NCBI RefSeq assembly: GCF_001194135.2
Contig: NC_068987.1
Span: 72,581,768 to 72,645,767 of the forward strand
Length of the DNA: 64,000 nt
Origin: Octopus bimaculoides
Lineage: Eukaryota
Direction of reading: 5' to 3'
Below the pieces are notes generated by a model that saw only the letters and a list, made by a program, of their open reading frames with translations, made no database searches and had not been told where the DNA came from. Of the stretch, positions 36,756-50,049 are shown piece after piece. The translations under genes and the position numbers were made by a program. Position 1 is the first letter of the stretch. Each line of letters starts with the position of its first letter.

Positions 36756-39312
36756 GTATGTATGATCAGCTTTTCTTGTTTCTTGTTACTGAAGCAGGAG
36801 CTTCTGAAAGATGATATATATTGTGACTTGCATGTGTCTCAGCAAACTGGGTCAAAAGAGTATCAGCCTATGGATTGACACCTTGGCAGATCTAATCTGA
36901 TCACCAGCATGTGTTGTGTCATATGGTCAGATATTTAGATATTGGTTTCAAATTTTGTCACAAGGCCAGCAGTTTCGAGGGAGTGGGTAGGTCAGTTACA
37001 TCAATCCCTGCGTTTAACTGGTATTTATATTAACTCTGAAAAGATGAAAGGCGAAGTCGACCCTGGTAGTATTTGAACTCAGAATGTAAAGTTGGAAGAA
37101 ATGCTGGTAAGCACTTTTTCTGGCACGGTAATGATTTTGCCAGCTTGCTGCCTCATGATATTTGGATATTAACAACCCATACCAACTTAGCTGCAAATAG
37201 GTACTGTATCATGTAGTACTATAGGTAGGATATAACTGATGAGTGTTTTATATGTTGAGTTCATCCTTCCAGGAGGCACCAGGAAATCGCTCCAATATAT
37301 CCCCACCCTCTATGAAGAGACCTTTAAATAGACAAGATTTTATGTATTCAGTCTTAACAAAAACTGTCTATGAGTTTACTGTAATGGACCACCAACCTTA
37401 TTGGTTATGATTCAAACCTTACTGCTGCAGTTATTTTGCTTTGATCCTGACCAAGGTACATAAGTCTACTTGTTCTAGTTATGCTGTGGAGAGAAGAGAA
37501 ATGTGACATTTCAAAGTTATGTCATCTGAATGAAAGAGATTTTTTTTTGTTTCCAGCTAACTAAAAAAAGAGTTCTCAAGGAGATCCTTGAGTCAAGAAG
37601 ATGCTATTTAAAAATGTTTGTAATGTATTGATCTGAAATTTCTTGTTTTGCTTCGTCTGGCTGACATAAAACAGGTATCTCTATTTCCTACTTCATTGTT
37701 TAGTGGTTAGCAATAGAAAGGACATGCAAATATATAAAGACTTCTCTAACTAAAATCGTTTTTCCTTTGCAAGCATGGAAATACAGATGTAAATCATTAA
37801 AAAGACAATATTGCTATGAGACAAGGGATATATCAGTGGTTTAGCAGATATCAAACTATTTCCATTTGATGTGTTGTTCCTACTCTCTTTTTATTTCTGT
37901 CTCTGGTTTCCTACCAGTGAGTAATGTATGAGAGTGTTTTTAAATGATGTAGCCAATCTCAAAACGCTGAGCCTCCTGAAGGAGATGACAGGACTGAGGT
38001 ATGTAATACATTGCTTCCCCTACAGCAGAATTGATACCCTAAAACTAAGGTGCCATGCAAAACATTGGTGTGTGTGCTGGTACTGCATAAAAAGTGCCTA
38101 GTAAACTCTGTAAAGTGGTTGGTATTAGGAAGGGCATCTAGCTGTAGTAACCAAGCCAAAACAGACTATAGAACCTGGTGCCGCCACTAGTCTTGCCAGT
38201 TCCTGTCAGGCCATCCAACCCATGCCAGCGTCGAAAACTGGCATTAAATGATGATAGCATTACTCCAATGAAATAATAACTGAAGTAGTCTTCCAACAGG
38301 AACGTTGGTAACTACTTGACTATTGCATCTTGTCATCAGTAAGTTCATATCTGACCAATTCAGTTCAGTTCTGCCTTAGCTGTTTTGGAAATATATTTAT
38401 CAGTCACTGTATTTCTCACTCCCTAACTCCTAGCTTTCATGCAAAGTCTCTACTCCCTACTCATACACCATGGCAATACCCTACCAATTAAATGTTGACT
38501 CCATGTCTTAAGGGTATGCTCTTCCACCTTGCTACCACTTACCTCTCCCCTGCTCTACTCTACCATCCCATTTATATTCTGATCCCTGTTCTTTGTGAAC
38601 ATGCCTTGGCACTTTGCCACTATCTCTATCTTGCTCTCTTTCACTTTCTCTCTGGCTGGTTGACTGTGTATCTCCTCTACAGCAACACACCTGTTCTTGG
38701 CCTCAGTCTTGATTGCTCTTTCTCTTCTGACTGGGTAACCATGTAAGCCCTCAACAGCAGGACACCTGTTTCTGTCTTTCTGTGACACTCTAACCTTTTA
38801 TCATGTGCACAAGATCATCTCCTCCAATGCCCCATCTCCTCTCAAAGGATCTTTGCCTTGCAAGTTGCTTGGTGACCCTGCCAGTGCTGGTACCACATAA
38901 AAAGCATTCCGTCCACACTGTAAAGTAGTTGGCACTTGGAAGGGCATCCAGCTGTAAAAAAAAACCATGCCAAAAGTGACCTTGCCTGTGCTGGTGCCAT
39001 GCAAAAAGCACTCAGTCCACTCTGCAGAGTGGTTGGTGTTAGGAAGGGCATCCAGCCATAAAAAACCATGCCAATACAGATAATGAAGCATGGTGCAATC
39101 TTCTACTCTGCCAGTTCCTGTCAAACTGTCCAACTTATGCCAGCATGGAAAGTGGACATTAAATGATGATGTTGATTCTCAGATAATGGAACTTTAGTCT
39201 AGAAGCCAATAGTGGTGCCTCTGTGTGGTTACACGACTTGCTAGAAACAGCAGCCAAAACACTCTTCTATCTTAGAAAAGGACACTTTGAATGATGTGAT
39301 TTTAGATAAATA

Positions 39313-39650
39313 GGCACAGGAGTGGCTGTGGTAAGACGTTTGCTTCCCAACTACATAGTTCTGGGTTCAGTCCTGCTGCGTAGCACTTTGGGGAAGTGTC
39401 TTCTTCTATAGCCTCGGGCCAACCAAAGCCTTGTGAGTGGATTTGATAGACGGAAACTGTGTGTATTTGTACTTCCACCATCGCTTGACAACCGATGTTG
39501 ATGTGTTTACGTTCCCATAACCTAGCGGTTCGGCAAAAGAGTCCGATAGAATAAGTACTAGGCTTACAAAGAGTAAGTCCTCGGGTCGATTTGTTTGACT
39601 AAAGGCGGTGCTCCAGCATGGCCGCAGTCAAAATGACAAACAAGTAAGTG
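39313..39650 (+). mobile_element. SINE family A, near full length
   Basis: ggcacaggagtggctgtggtaag...gggttcagtcc...ggcggtgctccagcatggccgcagtcaaa. Confidence 0.88.
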
Positions 39651-40728
39651 AATAAAATTCAAATGGAATAGGTACAGTTGGTCATAGACTGTTCCATTGA
39701 AGAAAGGATTGAAGGGGCAAAATAAATTGAGAATCATTTTGCACTTAACCTGTCGTAATACATTAAATGATTTAGTATTCTTTTTATTGCTGGATTGTTT
39801 CTATAGTTAGCCACTCTGAGTAGATAAGGTATTTAGCCCCAAGTATTTAGCTAAGTAANNNNNNNNNNNNNNNNNNNNNNNNNNNNNNNNNNNNNNNNNN
39901 NNNNNNNNNNNNNNNNNNNNNNNNNNNNNNNNNNNNNNNNNNNNNNNNNNNNNNNNNNNNNNNNNNNNNNNNNNNNNNNNNNNNNNNNNNNNNNNNNNNN
40001 NNNNNNNNNNNNNNNNNNNNNNNNNNNNNNNNNNNNNNNNNNNNNNNNNNNNNNNNNNNNNNNNNNNNNNNNNNNNNNNNNNNNNNNNNNNNNNNNNNNN
40101 NNNNNNNNNNNNNNNNNNNNNNNNNNNNNNNNNNNNNNNNNNNNNNNNNNNNNNNNNNNNNNNNNNNNNNNNNNNNNNNNNNNNNNNNNNNNNNNNNNNN
40201 NNNNNNNNNNNNNNNNNNNNNNNNNNNNNNNNNNNNNNNNNNNNNNNNNNNNNNNNNNNNNNNNNNNNNNNNNNNNNNNNNNNNNNNNNNNNNNNNNNNN
40301 NNNNNNNNNNNNNNNNNNNNNNNNNNNNNNNNNNNNNNNNNNNNNNNNNNNNNNNNNNNNNNNNNNNNNNNNNNNNNNNNNNNNNNNNNNNNNNNNNNNN
40401 NNNNNNNNNNNNNNNNNNNNNNNNNNNNNNNNNNNNNNNNNNNNNNNNNNNNNNNNNNNNNNNNNNNNNNNNNNNNNNNNNNNNNNNNNNNNNNNNNNNN
40501 NNNNNNNNNNNNNNNNNNNNNNNNNNNNNNNNNNNNNNNNNNNNNNNNNNNNNNNNNNNNNNNNNNNNNNNNNNNNNNNNNNNNNNNNNNNNNNNNNNNN
40601 NNNNNNNNNNNNNNNNNNNNNNNNNNNNNNNNNNNNNNNNNNNNNNNNNNNNNNNNNNNNNNNNNNNNNNNNNNNNNNNNATATACACACAAAAAAAAAA
40701 ATGTGTCATTCGTGGCAAAGCTGTAGGG

Positions 40729-41433
40729 TAGGGTTGCCAATTTAGCATATTTTATGCTATATCTAGCATTTTTTTTTCAGCATTTAGCTGGAAATTTTTG
40801 AATCAAGCATTTAGCAGGGAAAATAGCAGGTTTAAAATTTTATTTAGTATTTTTGGTGGACATTGGAATTAGACACTGAGGGAAAATGGCTGTAACTTTT
40901 TTATTTTTTAATTTTGACGATTTTCGTTTTCGATAATGTGTTCTATATGTCACGGTCATATTTTTTTTTAGCATTATTCTCTGATCATAGCATTTCCACA
41001 ATGGTTTCCCTCTTCTTTTTCCTCCTTTTCCACTTTCGTTAATGTATCTTATAGTCAAATTTTAGTACTATCGGCTATTGTTGAATTTTTCTTTAACTTG
41101 AAACTTCAAATGAAAGTTTATCAAAAGTAAGTTTATCAAGTTATGAACTTCTCCTTCCCACCGCTTTGGACACAGAGTGGTGTCGGTGGGGGGGGGGAAG
41201 AAGATAACTCATGTCAGCACCTGAACTCACTACACAATAATGTAAATATGTTGCAAAGAATGAAAGCATGGAAATTTGACTTAACAAAGCTTTTTGATAT
41301 AATTAGTCTTTAGCATTTTGGTTAAACTAAAGGGTTTGACCCGGTGGGAAATAAAAAATTTTTGGTCATATTTAGCATTCTTTTTTTGTACTGAAATTTA
41401 GCATAAAATTCTGATTTTAAGTTGGCACCACTG
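40729..41433. mobile_element. hAT-type MITE
   Basis: Termini tagggttgccaa / ttggcaccactg; exact 8-bp TSD ctgtaggg at 40721-40728 and 41434-41441; repeated tttagca subterminal motifs. Confidence 0.82.
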
Positions 41434-41849
41434 CTGTAGGGTTATTGAAGATTGGGCTAACCATTATGCTGNNNNNNNNNNNNNNNNNNNNNNNNNNNNN
41501 NNNNNNNNNATCAAGTTATGAACTTCTCCTTCCCACCGCTTTGGACACAGAGTGGTGTCGGTGGGGGGGGGGAAGAAGATAACTCATGTCAGCACCTGAA
41601 CTCACTACACAATAATGTAAATATGTTGCAAAGAATGAAAGCATGGAAATTTGACTTAACAAAGCTTTTTGATATAATTAGTCTTTAGCATTTTGGTTAA
41701 ACTAAAGGGTTTGACCCGGTGGGAAATAAAAAATTTTTGGTCATATTTAGCATTCTTTTTTTGTACTGAAATTTAGCATAAAATTCTGATTTTAAGTTGG
41801 CACCACTGCTGTAGGGTTATTGAAGATTGGGCTAACCATTATGCTGTTG

Positions 41850-42810
41850 TGCTGATAAGGTGGTGCACTGACCTCTACTTAGAAATGGACGAAGCGGATC
41901 AAGTTGAAAAAATTGAAGAGCCTCTGAAAGACATGTACACGGAGGAGGCATTCAAAGCCTACTGCAAACTCGGGAGAGTAAGATGGATGGGCAAGCAGAT
42001 CGATGGTTATGTTAGCGGGCTTCGCAGGGTTTACTGGAGTAGCAATGGAGCAAATAGTGAAGCTGGCTTTAGTGACTGGATTCCCGAATCATATCTCAGT
42101 GCGTCTGCAGCTGATGACAGAGGTGAAAATGATGTCAGTGGGAGAAATGGTGGATAAGACGCGAGTGTTGGTGCGAAACAACACGTATGATGTAGCGGCA
42201 ACAGTGATAGTGGATATGAATGAGTAGAACGAAGAGGCAGGTGGCAAACATGACAACAGAAGTATGATGAGATGAACAGCAAAGAGATCATGCTTTAGAT
42301 GTCAGGGTCTGCACATGGTCAGGGAATGTACGGAACCAAAACCAATGGTGGTGTGTTACTGATGTGCCCAGCCTGGGCTTGTAGTGAACTATTTAAGTAG
42401 GGAAACAAGGAGAGAGAAATTACTGCACTGTTAGTATTCCCCATGACCAATGGAAGGCGCACCACCATTCATTGTCTGTAGAAAGGCTTCTGGTGGGGGT
42501 GAGGGAAGCACGAGCTCTCATGGATACGGGTTGCACGACTATTTTGGTAGCTATGAGAATGGTTGAGAGCTGGAGAGGAAACACCAATCTCAGTGCAGTG
42601 GATGGCGGGGTGTCAGCAAAGTGGAACTGGAGGTGCTGAAGCTACAGGCAATTATAGTTGATGAGGTGTTCTGTGGTGTGACATTAGCAGTGTGGCATTG
42701 GGAATCATTCTGGAAATGAGGTGTTGAGGTGGAAGACACAGCATGGCTCAGGGAAAAGGACAACTACAACCACATCAATGTAACTGAACAGGGCGCTGTT
42801 TTAAAGGGCA
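41850..42810 (+). mobile_element. Gypsy-like LTR retrotransposon gag-protease relic
   Basis: Zinc knuckle CFRCQGLHMVREC (~42290-42330), a decayed second knuckle, and the aspartic protease motif RALMDTGCTTILV (~42510-42550). Confidence 0.8.
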
Positions 42811-42919
42811 TGGACCTATCACTGAGATGCGGATTGTGAGCTATTACATTGAGAGAGAGAGAGAGATAGGCAGATAACATTTGTATTAACAGAGTACAGA
42901 TAAAAATATAAAGAAAAAG

Positions 42920-43536
42920 GGCACTATCATGCTATTAGCTGTCAGAAGTGAAAGTGCTCACTGCTANNNNNNNNNNNNNNNNNNNNNNNNNNNNNNNNNN
43001 NNNNNNNNNNNNNNNNNNNNNNNNNNNNNNNNNNNNNNNNNNNNNNNNNNNNNNNNNNNNNNNNNNNNNNNNNNNNNNNNNNNNNNNNNNNNNNNNNNNN
43101 NNNNNNNNNNNNNNNNNNNNNNNNNNNNNNNNNNNNNNNNNNNNNNNNNNNNNNNNNNNNNNNNNNNNNNNNNNNNNNNNNNNNNNNNNNNNNNNNNNNN
43201 NNNNNNNNNNNNNNNNNNNNNNNNNNNNNNNNNNNNNNNNNNNNNNNNNNNNNNNNNNNNNNNNNNNNNNNNNNNNNNNNNNNNNNNNNNNNNNNNNNNN
43301 NNNNNNNNNNNNNNNNNNNNNNNNNNNNNNNNNNNNNNNNNNNNNNNNNNNNNNNNNNNNNNNNNNNNNNNNNNNNNNNNNNNNNNNNNNNNNNNNNNNN
43401 NNNNNNNNNNNNNNNNNNNNNNNNNNNNNNNCATGGTATTAGCTGTCAGTAGCCAAAGAATCGACAGGCAGACAGACAGATACTTCACTAGCAGTGAGCA
43501 CTTTCACTTCTGACAGCTAATAAGCATGATAGTGCC
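42920..43536. mobile_element. MITE with ~47-bp TIR beginning GG and 8-bp TSD (Merlin-like?); interior is an N-gap
   Basis: ggcactatcatgctattagctgtcagaagtgaaagtgctcactgcta is inverted at 43489-43536 with a 1-nt indel; TSD agaaaaag at 42912-42919 and 43537-43544. Confidence 0.78.
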
Positions 43537-44434
43537 AGAAAAAGATACAAGCAAACAGCTGAACTAGACTGAAATGAACTTTGCTACTGAAAACTATACT
43601 CATGATAATGGTGGATAGTGAAAAGTTTTTCTTTTATTGAACTAAATGTATAACATTCTTCAACCTGTTTGTTCACACTTTATGCTTTAGTTTGTTAGAA
43701 AGGAAGAAGAGGTGAGAGGAAGTGGAAATTTGAGAGAGGGAGGGAACAGATAGCCAGGTGATGCATTATGCTGTTACCCGTGTGGTTAGTGGAAGTGAGG
43801 GATGAAGAGAGAGAGAGAGAGAAATGTTAGACACGAAGAGGAAAATTACATGGTTAAGAAGTTTGTTGAAGAGATATAAAGTGCTTAGCAGAGGGAAAAT
43901 TAAAAAAAATAACTTATAATAATTCTGAGTGGTTGGCGTTAGGAAGGGCATCCAGCTGTAGAAACTCTGCCAAATCAGACTGGAGCCTGGTGTTGCCATC
44001 CGGTTTCACCAGTCCTCCGTCAAATCGTCCAACCCATGCTAGCATGGAAAGCGGACGTTAAACGATGATGATGATTCCATTACTTAGCCCATCGGTAACG
44101 CTTTCATGTGATTAGAGAAAAAGAGGGAGAGAGAAGCATCCATGAGGTGAGGTAGAAGGAATGTAATTGTAACACTTTCATGTGATTAATTGAAAGGAAA
44201 GAGAGGAGAGAGAAAAAGAGGATAAGGCAAAGAGGGAGAGAGAAGCATCCATGACGTGAAGTAAGGGGAATGAAATATCTATTACGTGGTTAAAAAAAGT
44301 AGTGCTGATATAGAGGAAGAGAGTTAAAAATATAATTTTATCAGAGGGATGATATTCTAATTGTGAGGTTAAAGAAAGGCAGAGAGAAATGATGGAGGTG
44401 GTAGTCGTGATTGGATAGTGAAAAGTGTATTTTT

Positions 44435-44545
44435 ACCCTGTGCGCATAAGGGAGAGCAGGGTATTGTAATCGCTTGTCTGTTTGTGTGTTTGCAAAATTA
44501 CTGGAAAATGGCTGCATGGATTTTCACCAAATTTAACAGAAATAC
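44435..44545 (+). mobile_element. 5' fragment of the same HINE-like element
   Basis: Shares ccctg...gcagggtattgtaatc...gcaaaattactggaaaatggctg.atggattttcaccaaattt with 34378; T-runs on both sides. Confidence 0.6.
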
Positions 44546-46165
44546 TTTTTTTTGTTTGTTTATGGGAACCTTTGAAATAGTTTGAGGAAAGCGATTGCTA
44601 GATCTTTTATCCAAGAAATCACGCACACTCCATTTGTAGTTATGAAACCACGTTCAATGATAATTATATATTTGTTTCTAATTTTCATCAGTTTATCTGT
44701 TGATACTAAGGGAACTAAATGAAAGGGTCAGACTGAGTGTTATCTTAAGGCATGGGCACACTAGCCAGTTACCCAAATGTCCTACACGTCTCTGGACCTA
44801 ATGCTATTCTATTTATTTTGTTGTGTATGTAGGGGACCTCTTTGCGTGGCTTTGTTTGAGGGCCTGTAATTCTGTTAAAATGACCTTGATCAGATTTTTA
44901 TTTCTTTAAGGTGTTGATTGTTGGACAAAAATTCTTTGTATTTGTTGTAATTCTTTACTTTCTGTGTTCAAATCCCATTGAGGGTGACTCGTACTCCAGT
45001 ATCAGTCAATTACTTGGGTTGATTTAATTAGCTACCCAACCTCTGAAATTTCAGGCATTGTGTTAGAAACAATAACTCTTTTGTTATCATTAAACTGATG
45101 TTTGAACATATAAAATATCGTACAGTGGAAAATTTTCATTTCATTGTGAACCCTTTGAAACAAATGGTCTTGCGTAATAGAGTTAAAAGCAGTGTCCTGC
45201 AAGTTGGTATGAAAAGGCGTTAAAACAGTAGAGTGTAATTTATAAGAGATTTGGCTGCTACATCTAGTTGGTCAAATAATCACAATATAGTTATTTTGTT
45301 CATTTGAATTTCATGTATGAACCATTGTTGCAGGTCTTTTGGTTGAATAATGAAATAACTTCTCAACTGAAATTTTTGGATGCATCCATATTTGATTTTA
45401 ATATGTGACAATTAAGCTGTTTCTTTCTTTAAGTGGACTACTCTGCATTTTGCTTCAATGTTTGTTTGAATCTCCCAACATTGGTAGACTAGTCTTATTG
45501 ATATGACCAGCAATAATTATGCTGTATAGAAATTTGAAATAATTTTTCTAACTAGAATATTTTGTCCTAACACCAACTAAAGCTGATGGATTGGCAGATT
45601 CTTTAGGAATCTTGGAAAAAAAATCAACAGCATCATTTAGCATCCATATTCCATGCTGGCATGGATTGACCGGCTTGACAACATACAAACAGATATGCAC
45701 ACAAATATTCATATACAATGAATTTCTGCAGTTTCTGGCTACAAAAATTCTACATGTTGTGCTTGAAAAGAAGATCCATCAAGCTGAGCGAAATCGCAGT
45801 CATAGCATGTAAACGCACCCCGTGTCACGCAAATGGCACCCATTACACTCTTGGAATGGTTGGCGTTAAAAAGGGCATCCAGCTGTAGAAAATCATGCCA
45901 AATCAGACTGGAGTTTGGTGCAGCATTCCAACATGTGAGCCCAGTCAAACAGCCCAACCCATGCCAGCATGGACAATGGACGTTAAATGATGATGAAAAA
46001 CACACACAAGTAAGCACATAAATGCAAAACAAGGAGGTGAAAAAAATAGTTCTCAGATACTGAAGTTAGAGTAATATGATGTTTGATCACAACTGTCTAA
46101 TGAATGAATACATGAAACTCCAAGTAACAGTTTTTTGTGATGTTTTTGCAGCTTTAATAGAAAAG

Positions 46166-46199
<34 letters not shown>

Positions 46200-46202
<3 letters not shown>

Positions 46203-46473
46203 CCAGTGCCGCTGGACTGGCTCCTGTGCAGGTGGCACGTAAAATACACCATTTCGAGTGTGGCCGTTGCCAGTACCTCCTGATTGGCCTTCGTGCTGGT
46301 GGCACATAAAAGCACCCACTACACTCTCTGAGTGGTTGGCGTTAGGAAGGGCATCCAGCTGTAGAAACTCTGCCAAATCAGATTGGAGCCTGGTGTAGCC
46401 ATCTGGTTCACCAGTCCTCAGTCAAATCGTCCAACCCATGCTAGCATGGAAAGCAGACGTTAAACGATGATGA

Positions 46474-46475
<2 letters not shown>
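46200..46475 (+). mobile_element. (ATG)n-tailed retro-element, young copy flanked by (TA)n
   Basis: Same sequence as 25652-25935; (TA)n on both sides. Confidence 0.88.
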
Positions 46476-46526
<51 letters not shown>

Positions 46527-46983
46527 TATATATATATATATATATAGATGACAGGCTTATTTCAATTTCTGCCAACCAAAAATCCACTCACAGGGCTTTT
46601 GTTGGTCTGAAGCTATTGTAGAAGACACTTGTCCAAGGTACCACACAATAGGCCTGAACCTGAAACCATGTGGTTGGGAAGCAAGCTTCTTACCACACAG
46701 CCATGCCACTCAAGAAACTGTAATTGAGTAATGTGTGTTTACAGATCCATGTTCTGTTACTAATTGATATAATTCTCTAGATAATGAAAAGAATAAGTAA
46801 AAAGGACTTTGGAAGCCTGTTGATTTATTTTAGTGTCCTTTATGAAAATTCAAAGGAAACAAAATATTACATACTCACATGTATGCATGTGTGTGTGTTA
46901 CTGTTAGTAAATACACTCTATAATTTGAATTCATGGAAGTTGGTCTTTAGTCTCTTATCTTTAGTTTGATTTTAATATTTTAG

Positions 46984-47055
46984 GAAGAACTTGCTGTTCA
47001 CAAAAGGAAAGTTCAAGAACTGGAAACCTGGATGAAGAATCTAAATTCTAAGAAG
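46984..47055 (+). CDS. RAD17: RAD17 exon (EELAVHKRKVQELETWMKNLNSKK)
   Basis: ttttag| ... AAG|gtatt; LAVHKxK motif of RAD17/Rad24; phase 0/0. Confidence 0.93.
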
Positions 47056-47183
47056 GTATTTACATTACATTATTTAATTAGTTCAGGATATCAAATTTTA
47101 TAAAACTTTTTCTAATTCTACAAATTCCACTTTAAGAATGAGATTATCTATTTATAATAATTCTCAAGGGCTTCCCTTCTTGA

Positions 47184-47395
47184 CCCTTCAGCATTTAAAC
47201 TAGCCATTTCCAGCCCAAATATTTTACCATGTTCAATGGCCAGATCCAGCCTGTTGTACCTACTCTTCTATGTCATTCCAGAAATAAACAATCATATCAT
47301 TGAAATTTGAAAGCCACAAGATAATACATGATTAATTCAAAACAATGTGAATAAATAAGTATTACATTTAACAGATTAATCCGAATGCTAAAGAG
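47184..47395. mobile_element. piggyBac-type MITE
   Basis: ttga|cccttcagcatt ... aatgctaaagag|ttaa; same family as 20219-20438. Confidence 0.72.
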
Positions 47396-47559
47396 TTAAA
47401 TTTTCTGCTATGGCCTGGAGGGCTATGATGAATAGATGGGGACTGAGTACTGAGTCCTGGTGATCTTCTACTTATACATTAAATTTGTTGCTGTATTCAT
47501 TGTTAACTCTCAACCAACTAACAGCACCCAATACATGGCTCATGTGGATCACACAAGCC

Positions 47560-48060
47560 ACTTGTCTATCCCTAACTTCCTCATTGACTATCAGGTCACA
47601 GAACAAGGGAACCTGTTGAAGACTTTATCCTTATTGATGAATCCCAAATATAGTGGCTTACAGTTGGCTAAATAATCTTTCTGTAGTTGTGTTGCTAGAA
47701 AGAGGGCATCAGTAGTACTTTTTTCAATCATAGAATTAAAGTGCACTTTGTCTAACTTAATTCTGTTCCTGATTAATTGGGCTATAACTCTTCCTATAAT
47801 TCTCTTGACCTGGTTCAGCAATTTAATACTTCTTTAATTACTTTTGTCTAAAGGTAGCTGACGATAACGTTGCTATCCCTTCCTGTACAGCCTGATTAAT
47901 TCTGCAGACAACTAAGTTGTATCCTACTCAACCAGATATTTTAAGCATCTCAGCAGTGACTCCTGATGGCCCAGAAAGCTTTCTCTGCCTTCATTTCCTT
48001 CATTGCTTCATTTATCCATCCATCTGCTCACTGAGTCAAGCTGTTATTAATTACATGTAA
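47560..48060 (-). mobile_element. RTE-type LINE RT fragment
   Basis: VIAQLIRNRIKLDKVHF...KSTTDALFLATQLQKDYL...PLYLGFINKDKVFNR. Confidence 0.75.
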
Positions 48061-48262
48061 ACAACAACCAAATATACCAAGTGCTACTATTGTTTGTTTA
48101 CTCACTTGTATATAAAACAGGCTACCTACCATTATACATGATTGAATGAGTGATGCCAGAACTGAGAATAGAAAGTTGGCTTGCTGATCTATATCTCTTA
48201 ATCTGATTAAAGTACTGAAATAAAAACCAAGGTTTTTCCTTATTTTTCTTTTTTATTTATAG

Positions 48263-48416
48263 CCAGCTCCTGTGTTATTACTGACTGGACCTTCAGGTGT
48301 TGGGAAAACAACAACTCTCAAAGTCCTTGCAAAAATGTTCAAATATGATGTCGAAGAGTGGACCAACCCATTGACATCTACTTTTGAGACTTTCTCTGAT
48401 ACATGGAATGCACAAG
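48263..48416 (+). CDS. RAD17: RAD17 exon with Walker A (VLLLTGPSGVGKTTTLKVLAK...EEWTNP)
   Basis: tttatag| ... CAAG|gtaagt; P-loop GPSGVGKT and EWxNP motif; phase 0/1. Confidence 0.95.
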
Positions 48417-49521
48417 GTAAGTACACCTCATGATGGCTGATTGTTGTTTTTATTTATTGATTTTTTTTTAAAGCATTACTATGATGAATGTAGTTAATTA
48501 TTCTATGGTATAGACAAGTTCTTGTTGAGTTGTTTAGTGCAATTTGGTTTTGATTCATAGTAGAGAATAGGTTTGGTGGTTATGGTATTCTGCTCATAAT
48601 TGTAAGGTTGTGAGTTCAATTCCTGGTGACAGGTGTCCTTGAACAAGACACTTTTTTCATGTTGCTCCAGTCCACTCAGCTGGCAAAAAAGAGTTGTACC
48701 TGTAAATCAGTGGGCCATTCTTGTCACATTTGTGTCATGCTGAATCTCCCTGAGAGCTATGTTAAATGTACATGTGTTTGTAGAGTGCTCAGCTACTTGC
48801 AAATGAATTTCACGAGCAGGCTGTTCTGTTGGTTGGATCAACCAGAACCCTTGTAATTGACAGAGCGTCAGTCTCTATCCTGGTAGAGACTGTTTGTATT
48901 TCTTTAATTACTAATGTCTCTTGAATGGCATGAAATATAAATGAATGTTATAGAACCTATGTATTTCCTGGCATACAAGTTGAATTTTTCTGACCAAAAT
49001 TTACTGCCAAAATAAATAAATAAAGAGGGTAGGTTGACCTACTCACTAAGATGACTTTGGAGGAGCAAACCTTCCATGTGAAATGCAGCAGGATTTAGGA
49101 AGATAGTAATGGTATTTGAATGTTTATACTATATGCTACATGAACTTACATGCCGGAAAATTCACTGTATTCTTCAAAGGAAAGGAACACTATGAAATAC
49201 TTTGAAGTTGAAAACAATTTCTGGTTCATCAGCTGATCTTACTTAGTCAGTTTACTTGTGAAATAAATTTTTTTTTTTCAATTGTCTACAATTTGTAATT
49301 TTAAAATTGCTAAAACTGACAAAACTAAGAAAGAGAAATTGAAGCAAAAACCTGAAATTCAGATTTGATTATTTATTTTTAAAAAAACATCATCATTAGC
49401 AAATTGAGCTTCAATTTCAAATTTAATGTCTGCTTTTTTTTTTTTTTGAAAACAAAACATTTCAAAGAAATATATTTCACACTCATGTCTTTTAAATTCT
49501 TCTTTCCAAATTTTTCTCCAG

Positions 49522-49646
49522 TAGATGGCTCTCACTATGAATCTCAGGTGGGCCTCTTCAAGGAATTCCTTTTGCGTGCAAGTAAATACAAACGGTTGGA
49601 CCTTCTTGGCTGTGAGCAGTTTCAGAAAAAGATTATCCTTGTTGAG
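49522..49646 (+). CDS. RAD17: RAD17 exon (YESQVGLFKEFLLRASKYKRL...KKIILVE)
   Basis: ttctccag| ... GAG|gtttgt; KYxxL 9-1-1-binding motif and start of Walker B (ILVE-D); phase 1/0. Confidence 0.95.
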
Positions 49647-50049
49647 GTTTGTATACAGAGAGAATACAATCATATTATAGACATGGCTTTATGGAATCAA
49701 TGAAAATTGATTGTGTCAGATATTGTAGATAAAGTTCAGCAACACAGTATCTTGTAGTTATGGAAATACCATGTTGATATTAATTATTATTAACAAAATA
49801 TAGATGCAAGCATGGCTGTGTGTTTAAAAATTTGGTAGATGGTAACTGTACATATATTATCATCATTTAATATCTGCTTCCCATGCTGGCAAGGGTTGGA
49901 CGGTTTGGCAAGAGCTGTTCAGACTCCAATTGTATGTTGTGGCATCTTTTCTATAGCTGGATGCCCTTCCTAACACCAACCACTTTACAGAGGGTGTTAG
50001 GTGCCTTTTGCATGCCACTGGCACAGGTGCGTTTATGGAGTTTCTATCT

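Noticed and set aside
22623-43513. Long ORFs in the track spanning N-gaps or microsatellites (e.g. 22623-23498, 26113-27450, 29686-30315, 39807-40748, 42929-43513)
   Set aside because: They are open only because of Ns or (TA)n/(TG)n/(AAT)n repeats; no coding signal.
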